Assembly (NCBI GenBank): GCA_030704615.1
Contig: CM060734.1
Location: forward strand, 19,902,001-19,966,000
Length of the DNA stretch: 64,000 nt
Direction: 5' to 3'
Source: Takakia lepidozioides
Taxonomy: Eukaryota; Plantae; Bryophyta
The position numbers and the translations under genes were made by a program. Every line of letters starts with the position of its first letter. The first letter of the stretch is position 1. This document shows, piece by piece, positions 1 through 12,800 of the stretch. The notes beneath the pieces are model-generated. The model did no database searches, was not told the origin of the DNA, and saw nothing but the letters and a program-made list of their open reading frames with translations.

Positions 1-337
1 TTCAACGATATGTCTACTTGAACCTGCTTTGCTTCGGCTCTGAAAAACTTGTGTGTAAACAAAGTAGAGTTGCGGTACAAACTAGAAAATGTTGTAGAGC
101 GTTTCATGACGGGGCTATTCAATTGGCATGAGCCCAAAAATTGCTGGAGGATAGATAGAAACTTGTAGACCTCTGACTGTACATCATGTTTGAATAAATG
201 TTGTTTTCAATTGTGTTTGTCTCGTACCATAATGTTTTAATGGTTTGTTACTTGACCATGGCACCTGGGTCCATTATATGGGATAATCAAGCACCACACC
301 CACGAATCTTGAAGAGTGACAGTGTACACCGGGTCAA

Positions 338-1000
338 TGGGTGAACCAATCATTCCCCTGCCAAATGATTTTAGATTGATTTGAAACTTTGGGACTCGGG
401 AGTGTCTTGTACATGCCCTCTTTAAATTACTGGACAAGCATTTTATTTAGTAAAAATCCAGTTCAATTCAAAATTGGATGAAAGGGTGAACGGAAACTTC
501 CCCGATGAAATGATATTTTATTGCTCCGAAACTTTGCAAGTGTCTTCTACATGCCCTCTTACACGTCTTTGAGAAGTATGACATCAATCTAAAATGGTTT
601 AAAGGGTGAACCAATCGTCCCCCTACCAAATGATTTTAAATTGATTTGAAACTTTGCAAGTGTCTTGTACATGCCCTCTTACAGGTCTTTCACAAGTTTC
701 AAGTCAATCTAAAATGGTTGAAAGGGTGAATCAATCATGAACATATCAAATGATTTTTTAGTGCTTTAAAGCTTTGCAAGTGTCTTTCACATGCCATTTT
801 AAAGGTACCGGACAAGTACGAGGTCAGTAAAATATGGTTGAAAGGGTGAACCAATTGTTCCCCTATCAAATGATTTTACATTGCTTTGAAGCTTTGCAAG
901 TGCCCTCTTACAAGTACCGGACAAGTATGACCTGAATAAAAAAATGGTTGAAAGGGTGAACTAATCATTCCGCTATCAAATGATTTTATACTGTTTTGGA
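338..1000 (+). repeat. ~120-bp tandem repeat array (unit AAAGGGTGAACCAATC...TTTGAAACTTTGCAAGTGTCTTGTACATGCCCTCTT...); further same-orientation units at ~1335-1490 and ~3350-3740
   Basis: AAAGGGTGAA recurs at 481, 601, 721, 841 and ~951. The same core recurs with 120-bp period at 3361-3740. Confidence 0.9.
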
Positions 1001-1009
1001 TGTCATTGC

Positions 1010-1335
1010 TTTGGTAATTCTAGCCCCCCAATGGCCCATTCTAACCCTTGAATTACAATTCAAAATGCAATTCAAGCCCTTAAATTGGTAATGCCAGTCC
1101 CTAAAATGACCAACCCCGGCCACCCCTCAAATTGTAATTTGAGCCCTTGAAATTGTCAATTCCAACCCCTCGAATTGCAATTGAAGCCCCTGAAATTTAA
1201 TTCCAACCCCTCAAATTGCATTTCTAGCCCCTGAAATGGCAATTTCTGCCCCTCAAATTGCAATTGTAGCCTGTGAAATGGCAATTGCTAGTGCAGCCCC
1301 TGAAATTGGCAATTGAAGCCCCAAAAATTGGCTAT
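1010..1335 (+). repeat. ~22-bp degenerate minisatellite (AATTGCAATT..AGCCCCTGA)
   Basis: About a dozen consecutive degenerate copies of AGCCCCT(C/G)AAATTG(G)CAATT. Confidence 0.75.
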
Positions 1336-1506
1336 GGGTGAACCAATCATTCCCCTGCCAAATGATTTTGGATTGATTTAAAACTTTGCGAGTGTCTTGT
1401 ACATGCCCTCTTAAACTTACTGGACAAGTATGATGTCAATGTAAAATGGTTCAAAGGGTGAACCAACAGTTCCCATGTTGGATGATTCATGAGTAATCGT
1501 TAACGA

Positions 1507-3332
1507 TTGATCTCATATTACACTGGGACCTATCAGAGGGTACATTGAACACACTGGCCAAGTTTCAAAGCGAACGAAAATTGTTTGAATGGGCAATCAT
1601 CCGTTGGCCCATTGAACGAATTTCAATTGATCTCATATTACTCTGGGGCCTCTTCCATGGTACATTGAACAAACTGGCTAAGTCTCAAAGCGAACCAAAA
1701 TCATTTCGATGGCCAACCATCTGTTGAGCCATCGAATGAATTTCGATTGATCTGATATTAGTCCGGGACCTGTGAGAGGGTATCTCAAACGTAGTGGCAA
1801 AGTTTGAAGCAAACAAAAATGATTTGGATGCGCAACCATCCGTTCACCCATTGAATATATTCTATTGGATCTGTTATTACCTTGGGACCTGTTGGACTGC
1901 GTTTCGCGTGCTCATGTTTTTTTTTTCATTCTGTTTTTGAATGAGGTGTGTAATGACTCCATATGCAACGTGGGTGCCAAATTTGGGAGCGATCAAAATT
2001 CATTTGGACCCAAAACTACAGTTTCTTGCCCATTTTGCACTCCAAACTTGATTTGTGCTCTACTTCATGCACTCTTCATCGAGAGTTCTGCAATAGTGAG
2101 CGAAGAGAACACTTTTATTTTGGGGCATTTTTTATTGGTCCAAATTTTGGCGGGGTAGTAGCAGTGGGATGCTTGAAGCCGCAGAACAAAATTGAGCCAA
2201 AAACAAAATCGATACGTGCCAGAAACCCCCAATGAAAGGCAGTGCAAACTTATTTATTGGTTTAAAATTAATTTAAATTCAATTACATTCTGGAATGGCT
2301 TGGTGTCGATGGGGAGGCAAATGATTTATTCGTCTATTGTGTCTCCGCACATGTTCAAGCACATGCGGGCAAAAAAATGGCTTCAACCACATCCGTTCAA
2401 TGGGTGCAATAGTCGTGCACGCATTGCAGGATTTCTTTTTCACAATGAACAAAAACCAGATGACAACTGAATGCCTCATTGGCCCATCGAACGAATTTTG
2501 ATTGATCTCATATTACACTGGGACCTATCAGAGGCTACATTGAACACACTGGCCAAGTCTCAAAGCGAACGAAAATCATTTGGATGGGCAACCATCCGTT
2601 GGCCCATTGAACGAATTTCAATTGATCTCATATTACTCTGGGGCCTCTTCCATGGTACATTGAACAAACTGGCCAAGTCTCAAAGTGAACCAAAATCATT
2701 TCGATGGCCAACCATCTGTTGAGCCATCGAATGAATTTCGATTGATCTGATATTAGTCTGGGACCTGTGAGAGGGTGTCTTGAACGTACTTGCAAAGTTT
2801 GGAAGCAAACAAAAATGATTTGGATGCGCAACCATCCGTTCACCCATTGAATATATTCTGTTGGGTCTGTTATTACCTTGGGACCTGTTGGACTGCGTTT
2901 CGCGTTGTTATGTTTTTTTTTTTCATTCCATTTTTGAATGGGGCGTGTAATGACTCCATATGCAACGTGGGTGCCAAATTTGGGAGCGATCAAAATTCAT
3001 TTGGACCCAAAACCACAGTTTCTTGCCCGTTTTGCACTCCAAACTTGATTTGTGCTCTACTTCATGCATTCTCTATCGAGAGTTCTGCGATAGTGAGCGA
3101 AGAGAACACATTTTTTTCGGGGCATTTTTTATTGGTCCAAATTTTGGTAGGGGAGTAGCAGTAGGATGCTTGAAGCCGCAGAACAAAATTGAGCAAAAAA
3201 CAAAATCAATACGTGCCAGAAACCCCCAATGAAAGGCAGTGCAAACTTATTTATTGGCTTAAAATTAATTTAAATTCAATTACATTCTGGAATAGCTTGG
3301 CGTTGATGGGGAGACAAATGATTTATTCGTCT
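1507..3332. repeat. Direct duplication of ~830 bp (1507-2335 vs 2502-3332); each copy has 3-4 inverted-orientation 120-bp units plus a ~430-bp segment
   Basis: Near-identical sequence at offset ~995-997. TTGATCTCATATTA recurs every 120 bp and the unit's reverse complement matches the 338-1000 unit. A diverged copy of part of the segment lies at ~22965-23190. Confidence 0.9.
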
Positions 3333-3849
3333 GTTCATTTACTCGTGATTAAACATTAATGGTGAAAATGATAAACCAAAGGTTCCTTGATCAAAAAAAA
3401 TTTGAATGATTTGAAATTTTGCCAGTATGTTCTATATGCCCTCTTACATGGACCGAACAAGTATGAGATCAATAAAAAATGGTTCACAGGATGAACCAAT
3501 GGTTACTTGATATGCCAATTTCTGAATGCTTTCAAACTTTGCCATTGCATTGTACATGCCCTCTTAAAGGTACCGGACAAGTATGAGTTCGATTTAAAAT
3601 ATTGTAATGGATGAACCAATGGTATCTTCATTCAGCAAATTTTTATTGTTTTGAAACTTTGCCAGTATATTGTACATGCCGTCGAACAGGTACCGAACAA
3701 GTATGAGGTCATTCAAAAATGGTTCAAAAGATGAACCTCGTATTTCTAAAAATTACGTAGACTATACAGTGGGTTGCACATTTAAGTTTTCGCAACCTGA
3801 GACCTTTGGCCTACTCCCTACGTTTCTAGTCTTTCTAGTCATCTTCATC

Positions 3850-5761
3850 TAGATTAATTACTTCGTTGTCGTCATCTCCAGATGTTGATGAAGATGCTCC
3901 GGGTATAGAGGACGTGCCTCCACCAGTACGGAGAGCTCGAGCCTGGGCTCAAGTGGTCAAAGAGGGACCTAGTGTTGTGTGGTCCACCCTTGCCATCATG
4001 CGTAGCGTTCTAGGCGAGTGCTGATTCTCTTCCACATTTGCCAGAGCCGGGTTTGTCGCTCTTGCTACGGCTTCATGCAAATTTTCAATTAAATCCGGTA
4101 TGTTTGGAAGTGGCAAGAACACCCCTGGAATAGGGGCAACTTGGTCACGCCATGTGTTCTGCCAATACTTTATAACACTCGTGATGGCAGCCTTGAAATT
4201 GTCCAACACCTCCTCCTGCTAGGGGTCTCTGCGCAACTCTGGAGGAAATGGCCCTTCATCCCGACGAGGCACCCAGTACCTCTCATTCATATCATCCCAA
4301 CGGATGCTAACGGCCTCCAACTCCCTCAGAAATAGCTCTCTCCCAATCGGTTCGCGATTGTATGGGTTGTTTTCCGCTGGCACCCACGGATCCTCAGGCA
4401 GTCGGAAGAATCTTTGTCTGGTATAGCTCCAATACCCTCCCAAGTTCCGGCAAAAAAACTCCATTTGGACTGGGTCCCGTATGCCTCTAGCACGCACGGT
4501 TATTTCCTAGTTGGATGTCACCCAAAAGATCACCGGATCTTTAACCCTAGATAACGTCATAGCATTCAAGGCATGCATCTCTCTTGGAGCATCCCATGTC
4601 ATTGTCTCCCCCCGATGCTGACAATTTAAAAAATCGTAAGGCTCCACATCCAATGGCATGTTGTACCGGTTGTACTCGTATCCCGTGGGCATATTGTTTT
4701 GCAACCCAAAACAACTCGTAGAAACGTTGATGGATTGGTCCACGGCAGTCAGGGCATTGGCTGGCTCGCATGGCTGCCGATATGAGACATGTGGGGTGGA
4801 ACAAATGGCCACATGAACCGAGCATATAGCCTCCCTCCGGTCCGTAAGGGTTTATGCATATTGTGCACACCGTACCATATGTTACCCATGACGCTGGATT
4901 GCTCCGCGGTATCCACATCCGTTCATCCTCATGAATGTCGGATGATATCCTCGGCCTGCTGTCCCACTCCTCCTCCACTTCCAAATCCCAGTTTATGCTC
5001 TTATTGGTATCGGAAATTATATGCACACAGTGCTCAAACATGGCATCCACATCACCCCATGTGGTGAATCCAATGTATTTCGACGTGAATACATCACGCA
5101 CAGTGTCGTGCCTTTGCAAATTAGCAGAGATGCTATCTACGCTTCGATTTCGACAAACGTGCTGCACGTTGGAGGGAGGATAACGCTTCTTCTATCCGTG
5201 TTTCCCGCGATGCTAGATGGCCCGTCCATGTCACCCAATTTCGCCAATTCATCTTCAACCATGGCCACGATTGGATTTGCATGGCATTTGAGTACCGATA
5301 TGCAACAGCCCTAGCTTGCTCACATTCCCCCACAAGATGCTCTAATTCATGTTCCTGGGCCGATGTAATTTGCACGGCTGAACATTCCCCAGTTTCCACT
5401 ATGGGGTCCTTCCCTTTTTTTGCCCTCTCCGCCGCAAGTCTTTCTTTCTCAATCCTCGCCGGGTCCAGTTCAGGCGTTTGCACTTCATTCCCATGCTCGA
5501 TTGAGTCAACCCCGTCGATGACGCGGTCAATGTCCATTGGTGGCATATCCAAACGCGCCAATATGTCTTGCTCGTTGGTGATTGGTCTCGGGTCCTGAAG
5601 CACACCGCGTACGCTATCGAGAGTCCCCAACCCCATTCATTCCAGCAACTTCGTTGTTTGCCACGAAGTTCGCGCCTGACCCCTTTCGGATTTTTTTTGG
5701 GAGGTCCAGGTTCATTATCGTCATCCCTGGGATGACCTCCTCTGTCTTCCTCCTTCGTCAT
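3850..5761 (-). pseudogene. Intronless RING-H2 zinc-finger protein (putative E3 ligase), disrupted
   Basis: CTIC-x14-CGHLFHPTC-x10-CPDC is RING-H2 spacing (ORF 4547-5167). ORFs 5399-5761, 5133-5636 and 4547-5167 appear to join by frameshifts. ORFs 4507-4812, 4219-4497 and 3949-4209 are one frame broken by stops. Confidence 0.7.
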
Positions 5762-6175
5762 TTGTGGCTCTGGCTTACCCTTACTCGACAGGTGTTTGCT
5801 AAGAAAAATGATCTCCCAACCCTCCTAAATCATACCTAATCCTACTCCCTAATGAATCCTCCCCAAGTACTAGAGGCACGTGTCGCTCCCTCCGCAATTC
5901 TAAGTGATATGACGCAATGTGCAATGAAAAAAACGTGGGTGCCAGAGGAGGGCTTACCGGGAGGTACTCAACATCGATTTCGTAGAAACCAACGGCCCAA
6001 AATACCCCCCACCCAACCAATAGCACCCCTCTCCATTTGGACTCAATGACAAGGAATGCAATATCCCATCGCCCACCAAGTCCTGGTGTGGAGAAAAGTG
6101 AGGGAGAGAATGGCCTCGAAGGCCTTATAAGCCCCCCTCCACACTCGGGGCGTGCGCTGTCATCATGACTACGCA

Positions 6176-6975
6176 CACTAGTAATAGCTGCGACCGCCAG
6201 CAGGGGGTGGTCGCATCATTTTTATTTTTTTTATTTTTTTTAATAGGTGCGACCACCAGCAAGGGGGTGGTCGCAGAATTTTTATTTTTTTTAATAGGTG
6301 CGACCACCAGCAGGGAGGTGGTAACAAAATTTTTATTTTTTTTAATAGGTGCGACCACCAGCAGGGGGGTGGTCGCATAATTTTTCTTTTTTTTAATAGG
6401 CGCGACCACTAGCAGGGGGGTGGTCACACTATTTTCCTTTTCTTTAATAGATGCGACCACCATCAGGGGGGTGGTCGCATAATTTTCTGATTTTTTAATA
6501 TCTATCAACAGTCAGTAGCTCAGTTGGTTAAGTGCACTGAGTGCGACCCGGACGATTTTGGGGTCAAATCTTGCTACTTGATGGGTGTGGTATGGTTCGT
6601 GGGTGGTGCCCCATTCCTACGCCTCATGGCGCATAAATGAAAGAGGTTATTTTCTCCTCTCACTACTAAGGGGCATGATTTGTGAGCTGTCGCTCCCAAG
6701 TGTTTCCCAAAAACAAAAAAATAAATAAAATAAATAAATCTACGACCACCAGCAGGGGGGTGGTCGCACCATTTTTTTTAAGGTGCGACCACCATCAGGG
6801 GGGTCCTTGCAGGGGGGTGGTCACATAATTTTAAAAAAAAAAACATTTGCGACCACGAGCAGGGGGTGGGTCGCACTATTTTTTTTTAGGGGCGACCACC
6901 AGCAAGGGGGTGGTCGCAGAACTTTCTATTTTTAACTAACTGCGACCACTAGCAGAGGGGTGGTCGGACCATTTT
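6176..6975 (+). repeat. CACTA (En/Spm)-type left terminus plus subterminal array of hairpin repeats GCGACCACCAGCAGGGGGGTGGTCGC separated by T-rich spacers
   Basis: CACTAGTAATAGCTGCGACCGCC starts at 6176, followed by ~11 palindromic units at ~50-60 bp spacing, directly upstream of a TnpD remnant. Confidence 0.75.
6505..6737 (+). mobile_element. tRNA-derived SINE, copy 1, inserted in the hairpin array
   Basis: A-box TAGCTCAGTTGG at 6516, degenerate B-box GGGTCAAATC at ~6561, A-rich tail 6708-6737, short TSD ATCTA. Homologous head and 3' end at 29286-29496. Confidence 0.75.
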
Positions 6976-7349
6976 TCTTTTTGTTAAATAGGTGCAAATA
7001 ATATGTAGAGCAGTTTCATTCGGGCCCTGATTCTAGAGTGGTCCAGGAATTACTGTGGCCCAGGAATTAGAGTGGGGCGCCTATGTAGGAAGGCCATGTG
7101 TATTAAGGAATGAGATGAGGGGGTCCAAAAAAAGAATGGAGGAATTGGCTAAATTTAGAATAGGGAGTCCTGTAGGGTTGACATGTGTCCAGGGCCTTCT
7201 AGAAGGTTCCCAAGGTCGGCGGGCTTCTAGAAGGGTCCCACCGCCCTGAGAGGCTATATAAGGAACCCCCCCCTCCCTTTTTTTTTTTTTTTTACTACGT
7301 ACTAATTTACTACCTACTAAATCAGTAAATAGGTGCGACTACCAGTAGG

Positions 7350-9284
7350 GGGGTATGTACGGAGTACATGAGAAGGGTGGACAAAGAGGCCCCTCCAATA
7401 TGGAAGGAAAATGATGATGTGCGGAACAAAGACATGGTTTTGCCCAAAAAATCAAGGAGGGTGAAACTATCAAACACCGAGGTGGAGCAAGCACATGACT
7501 TTGTATTGAAGAACACCCCTTGCATAGTGGAATGGGAGGCAAGACATGCGGATGAGAATGCACGGCGGTTGGAAGCAAGTACAATTTGGAGACGCACACG
7601 TGTAAGGGAATTGCGAGCCTCACGAGGACGGCGCGGATCCAGGAGCTCGGCCCCATCGGGGGCGCGTGATTTGCCCACGGAGATGGAGTGTCGCGCACCT
7701 CACTTCGGTAAGCTCCCCCTCAAGCCCCTTTGTTCTCCCAAAGAACCCTCCACCGATTTGGAACCAGCGGGAATTCCCTTTGGTAGTTGGCAGTCCGGAA
7801 CAGCTCCCCACTCTTTGGTCGCTTTCCGGCTCGCTCGCTTACTCACTAGTTTTTGGTCACCAACGGGCTTGCACCGTTCTCGGGGTTACTACTCCCTATA
7901 TATACTTTTGTAGCTGTCCGCGGGGGTTCCACAACCAGCCATGCCATTTTATGGCGAACCACCACGAAAACCCTCGACTCCCGGTGATGAGTCGCGGTGA
8001 GTCTTGGCCCACTCACCGCGACCCCATTGGACCGTGATGAGTCCCAAGACTCCCCACGACTCCCACCTCGAGGTCTCCACCTCATGGTGAGTCCTAGGCC
8101 ACCCCCACTAAGTCCCGCTAAGCTACCACCACCCCTTGTGGAGCCACCCCCACCGCAACCCGGTGTGCGGGGCTCCACCTAGTGAGCGCCTCCGCTTCTT
8201 TGAGTGCCTTGGGCACTCAAGGGTGCTTCAGCCCCCCCATACCTATCGCTGCTGCTGCCCCCACCACAGGGGCAGCCCCTCATGTGTCCCGACCCCCTGC
8301 CCTCAAGGTAAAGGGCCGCGACATGGAGCCATTGAGACCATTTCGCCATTGGCTCCGGAGTGGAGTTGAGGCTGCGATGGCCGCGGGCGAGGTGGTGCCG
8401 CCTTTAGTGCAAGAGCTTGCGAGAGGGCCATCTCAATATGCCATTTCATTCTCCTCAATTTGGATTCATGGTCGTCATGTCCGCATCCGTTCTCTTGATA
8501 TGCGTCGGAAGACCACATTTGACTCCGGTTTGTGTGCAACATATTGGCAAGACTTCGTGTCAAGCACAAGGGACATTCGACCCGAGAGAAGCAAGCTTGA
8601 ATATGTTGGGGAGCTTAATGCCATTTTGCAACTCGAGTATGATCACCATCGCCCTATTTTTTTCAAGGGGATCGGAGGTGGTTCCAACCCCACATTGCAG
8701 GCCCAAATGTAACCCTCTTGCCTGACGAGTGTGGCTTCATGCGGGTCAATACTTCCAAGATCACACCCTCTACACTCATCTCCAATGAACCATTTGCATG
8801 GCTGAAGAACATGGAACAAGTCTTTTTTTCCGAAGACAAGACTAGATCGGGCAATTGGAAGGTGGTTGTGCATGCTAGGCCAAGAGGGAGACGCATTTAC
8901 CATGGTGAGGGGTCAAACCGTTAGGGTGGTGATGAGGCCGAAGTGGCCGAAGCGACCGAGGTGGACGAGGTGGCCGATGCGGATGCGGATGCGGGAGATG
9001 ATGCTTTGTGGATAGAGGCAATTGAAGACACTGCCTTGAACAATGTTGGAGGAGATCAAGTGGTTGATGCGAATATTGCGTCGGAGGAGGAGGAGGACGG
9101 ATGAGGATAATGACGAGGATGAGGATGACAATGAGGATGTACAAGAAGAGGAAGGTCCTATTGTGCCGCCTCCTATTAACCCTCCGGTCGTGCAAGAGTC
9201 ATATGAATATATGGATGATGATTCGGCTTCTGATCATGACTCTCTTGAGAGGGGTCAATATAGTGACTTCGATGAGGACAATAG
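7350..9284 (+). pseudogene. CACTA/En-Spm TnpD-like transposase, C-terminal remnant (DUF4216 region) with acidic tail
   Basis: Motifs QAHDFVLKN, TFDSG, EYVGELNAILQLEY..PIFFK and DECGFMRVN..NEPFAW..MEQVFFSED..WKVV match the DUF4216 region. Multiple frameshifts; the N-terminal DDE core is absent. Confidence 0.75.
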
Positions 9285-9803
9285 ACCGAAAACGTTAACC
9301 TGTAATAGTGAGTACTATACTAAATCTGGGCCAGAAATGGGCTGGCATAATAAGGTTGGCGTGTCTGTTTCATGCGCCGCTGCTAGCCATGCTCTAACTT
9401 ATCATTTGATGTTAAACTTTGACAAGGTTATCAAACATGCGTGGTTATACTTCATACGGGCCAGCTCTAAAAACTAATGGTTTGTAGTACACATAGATGG
9501 AAGTTGAATGTGCACTTTGGAGACTTACCAGTACAAGACACCAGACTTATTGTCAAATTCCCACCTCTTTCTTATCCAGCGCTGCCCTCACACTTTACGC
9601 CTCTCTCTCAACCCTCCCAGGTCCCACGCTCCTAGAATTTGCTCCCACTCCCCATGTCCGGATCCCCTCCTCCTGCAAGGTTATATAGAGAGGAGGAAGG
9701 CAGCGGGAGCGGGAACTGGAGAGGAGTGGACAAGGGACAGATCGCGGATCCATTTTGAGGACTTAGACTCTTTTTGGAGATGAAACAAAATTATCCTACC
9801 CAC

Positions 9804-12800
9804 TTAAAAATTCATTCTGAACCTGTAGCCCATGGCTAACCAGGGTAACTGAAGGTCCCAATTTCCTAGGTGTCCCTTCTGCAAGCCATACTTGCGCAAA
9901 CCCCTCTTTACTGTCTGAACAACTCTCTCTGCCAAGCCATCAGCCTCAGGATGATCCCGAGAAGTGGTGCGGTGGTCTATCAAGGCCTTGTCACACAAAG
10001 CCTGAAACTCCCCCAAGAACTCTCTCCCTTGGTCCGTGAGTACCTCAGCTGGAGCACCGAATCGGCTAAGCACACAATCCAAGAATGCATACGTAGCTCC
10101 CTCACTAGCCTTATCAGGCAATGGAACCAATTCAATCCACTTGGAGAAGTGCTCCACCATCACCAACACGTACTTGTTGTGGCGCATGGTCAGTGGCAAC
10201 GGCCCTGCGAAGTCAAGACTCCACCTGTAGCCCAATCCCATGATCGGAAGAGGGTGCAATTGTGGAGTAGGGGCGTTGAATGAAGCACGCACCCTGTCAC
10301 ACACCATGCACCTAGCCACAAATTGTTGCACCTCTGTGTGCATACCACGCCACCAATACTGCCCCTGCAATAGGCTATGGGTGCGTCGCACCCCAAAATG
10401 CCCCAACTCCTCGTGGGCATGCCGCACTAACCGTGCCCGCTGTGTTGGGTGAGGCACAATCCTCACTCGACCATCCTCCCACACTCAGAGCAGGTGTGTC
10501 CCCTCCCACTTGAACCTCTTGGCTCGTTATAGGATCCGATCCCTCTCCTTGGTAGTCATAGTGGCTGCAGTGTCTCCAGTGCGGAGGTAGTCCAACACAA
10601 CTGAATCCTCATGTATATATTTGGCGCCACCTTGCTCATTGATGGCCTCAGGGTCCTCAGACACTTGATCTACAGTCATCCCTGTTGCAGGTCCAACCTG
10701 GCCTTCCGCTGCCACGATACACAGAAATGCAGATGCATGCCATCCGGGCACCATCTCCTCGTCCGTCTCACCATGCCACCGAGCTCCAGTGTCATCCTGC
10801 TGGCTCGTGCATGGATTGCGACTCAACCCATCTGCATTGCGATTGATCAAACCCGGTCGATGCACCACCTGAAAGTCATACTCTTGAAGGATGAGTGCCC
10901 ACTGTGCAAGCTTCCCCGTAAGCTTGTCTGACTCCATCAACCACTTGAGTGGTTGGTAATCCGTGACAAGGGTGAAGAGATTGCCGTATAGATAGCACCT
11001 GAAGTGTGCCACGGCCCACATTGCAGCTAAGCATTCACCCTCATATGAGCTATACTTAGACTCTGCAGCATTGTTCGAGCGGCTAGCATAAGCCACTACG
11101 AACTCTCTTCCCTCATCATCCACCTGTGTGAGCACCGCTCCAAGCCCCAGCATGCTCCAATCTGTATGCAGCTGAAAAGGACGCCCCTTGATAGGTCGTC
11201 TCAAGATGGGCGCCGAGGTCAACCTCGCCTTGAGCTCTTGAAAAGCTTGTTCTTGCTCATCTTCCCACTGCCACTCCTGGTCCACCTTGGTCAGCTTGGT
11301 TAGAGCCTTTGGCACTGAATCCCTTAACAAACCGTCTGTAATAGTTTGCTAACCCCATGAAAGCTCGAACTCGGCTTACATCCGTGGGGCGTGGAACCTG
11401 TGCAATGGACTCTACCTTAGTCTGCTGTACCCCCAATCCTCCAGGATATATCATGTGACCCAGATACTCAATCTGGTTGTGGAAAAACTTGCACTTTCCC
11501 GGATGTAACTTCAATCCGTGCGCCCTCAAGCGCTCAAATACCCCCTGAAGGTGTCTCTCATGCTCCTCCACCGTAGCACTAAAGATGATGATGTCATCTA
11601 TGTAGCACTGAGCAAACTCCACCCCTGCTAGAATCCTGTCCATGACTCTTTGAAACTCAGCGGAGCGTTTTTAAGCCCAAATGGTAAGAACCGCCACTGG
11701 TATAGGCAATCCTTCCCGTGCTCATTGATCCCCCAGAATGCTGTCTTTTGCTTATCCGCCTTCTTGATCGGCAACTGGTGATATCCGAATCGTAAATCCA
11801 ACATGATAAAGACCTTGGAATGCCCAATGGCATCAAAGATCTCCTCTGGTGTCGGCATGGCATACCTATCGGACTTGGTCTGACGATTTACAGGCCGGTA
11901 ATCACCGCACATACGTCTCTCCGTCCAATTGCCATAGACATCCTTCTTAGCTGGCATCACTGTGGCTGAAGCATACTCTCCACCAGAGAGCTCCACCAAA
12001 CCTGCCTCCCAAAGATCTTGAGTCCTCATCTGAATCAAAGACCTCTCCATGTCACTGTATCTATAGGGTCTCCGAAAGATTGGCGTGTTAGTGGCCAACT
12101 CAATACGGATCTCTTGACCCTTCAGTGCTCCCAAGTCCTTCAAACTAAAGGCAAAGCAATTCCTGTAAGCCCTCAGGAACCGCCGTATACGTCGTCTCTC
12201 TCCTCCGGTGACAATGGGTCCAATGTCAGGCTCCCAATTGTCCTCCGTAACTGCAACCTTAAGTCCAGTGGGCTTAGAGGTAGAGGACGCGTCCCGCGGT
12301 TGCTATGCTGCAACCTCTTGAGCAGTACTCCCTTCCTGCTCAGTCAATGACAAGGCCTCATCCTGCCCCATCATCTCATCATTGAGAACCTCATCAACCC
12401 GAGAAGAATCCCCAACCTCATCCATCACAGCTATCTTGGCTGCCAACTCCCTCTGGACCTCGAGCACCTCCCACGTGTGCCATGGATGTCTACACCCCGT
12501 GGTCCTCACCGTCTCGCCCCCACTCGCTGCCTGTACCGTCTTGGTAGGCAGAGAGACCGTCAAGGTAAGTGCACTCCACACTCTACGTTGCTCAGCCATA
12601 GCCAAGCTGATAATCCAGGTCAAGCAATTGAGATCCATTGCTTGCCCCAACACTTGACGCCGTGATGCCTCAGAAAGAGAAGGCACCGCCGTGGTCCCAG
12701 TGGAAAACCCCATAGCCCGCTCTCTCGCTCGTCGGCATTAGGCTCCACTAACTGTTGCAACTGAGCATCCCACAGGAGGCCAGGTCCACCATCCCAAAAA

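Noticed and set aside
1545-3232. Repeated short ORFs (also 6125-6508 and 25874-26279)
   Set aside because: They are translations of non-coding repeats.
6505-6580. Possible tRNA gene (also ~29290)
   Set aside because: No acceptor stem or complete cloverleaf and the B-box is degenerate; the shared body, A-tail and TSD indicate a SINE.
6190-6975. CRISPR-like array of palindromic repeats with spacers (also 25850-26345)
   Set aside because: Spacers are similar low-complexity T-rich tracts, there are no cas genes, and the context is eukaryotic next to a CACTA end.
9301-9800. Candidate 3' LTR of the DNMT-Gypsy (begins with TG)
   Set aside because: No second copy, PBS or PPT could be found at 16500-21000, so the element boundaries are unresolved.
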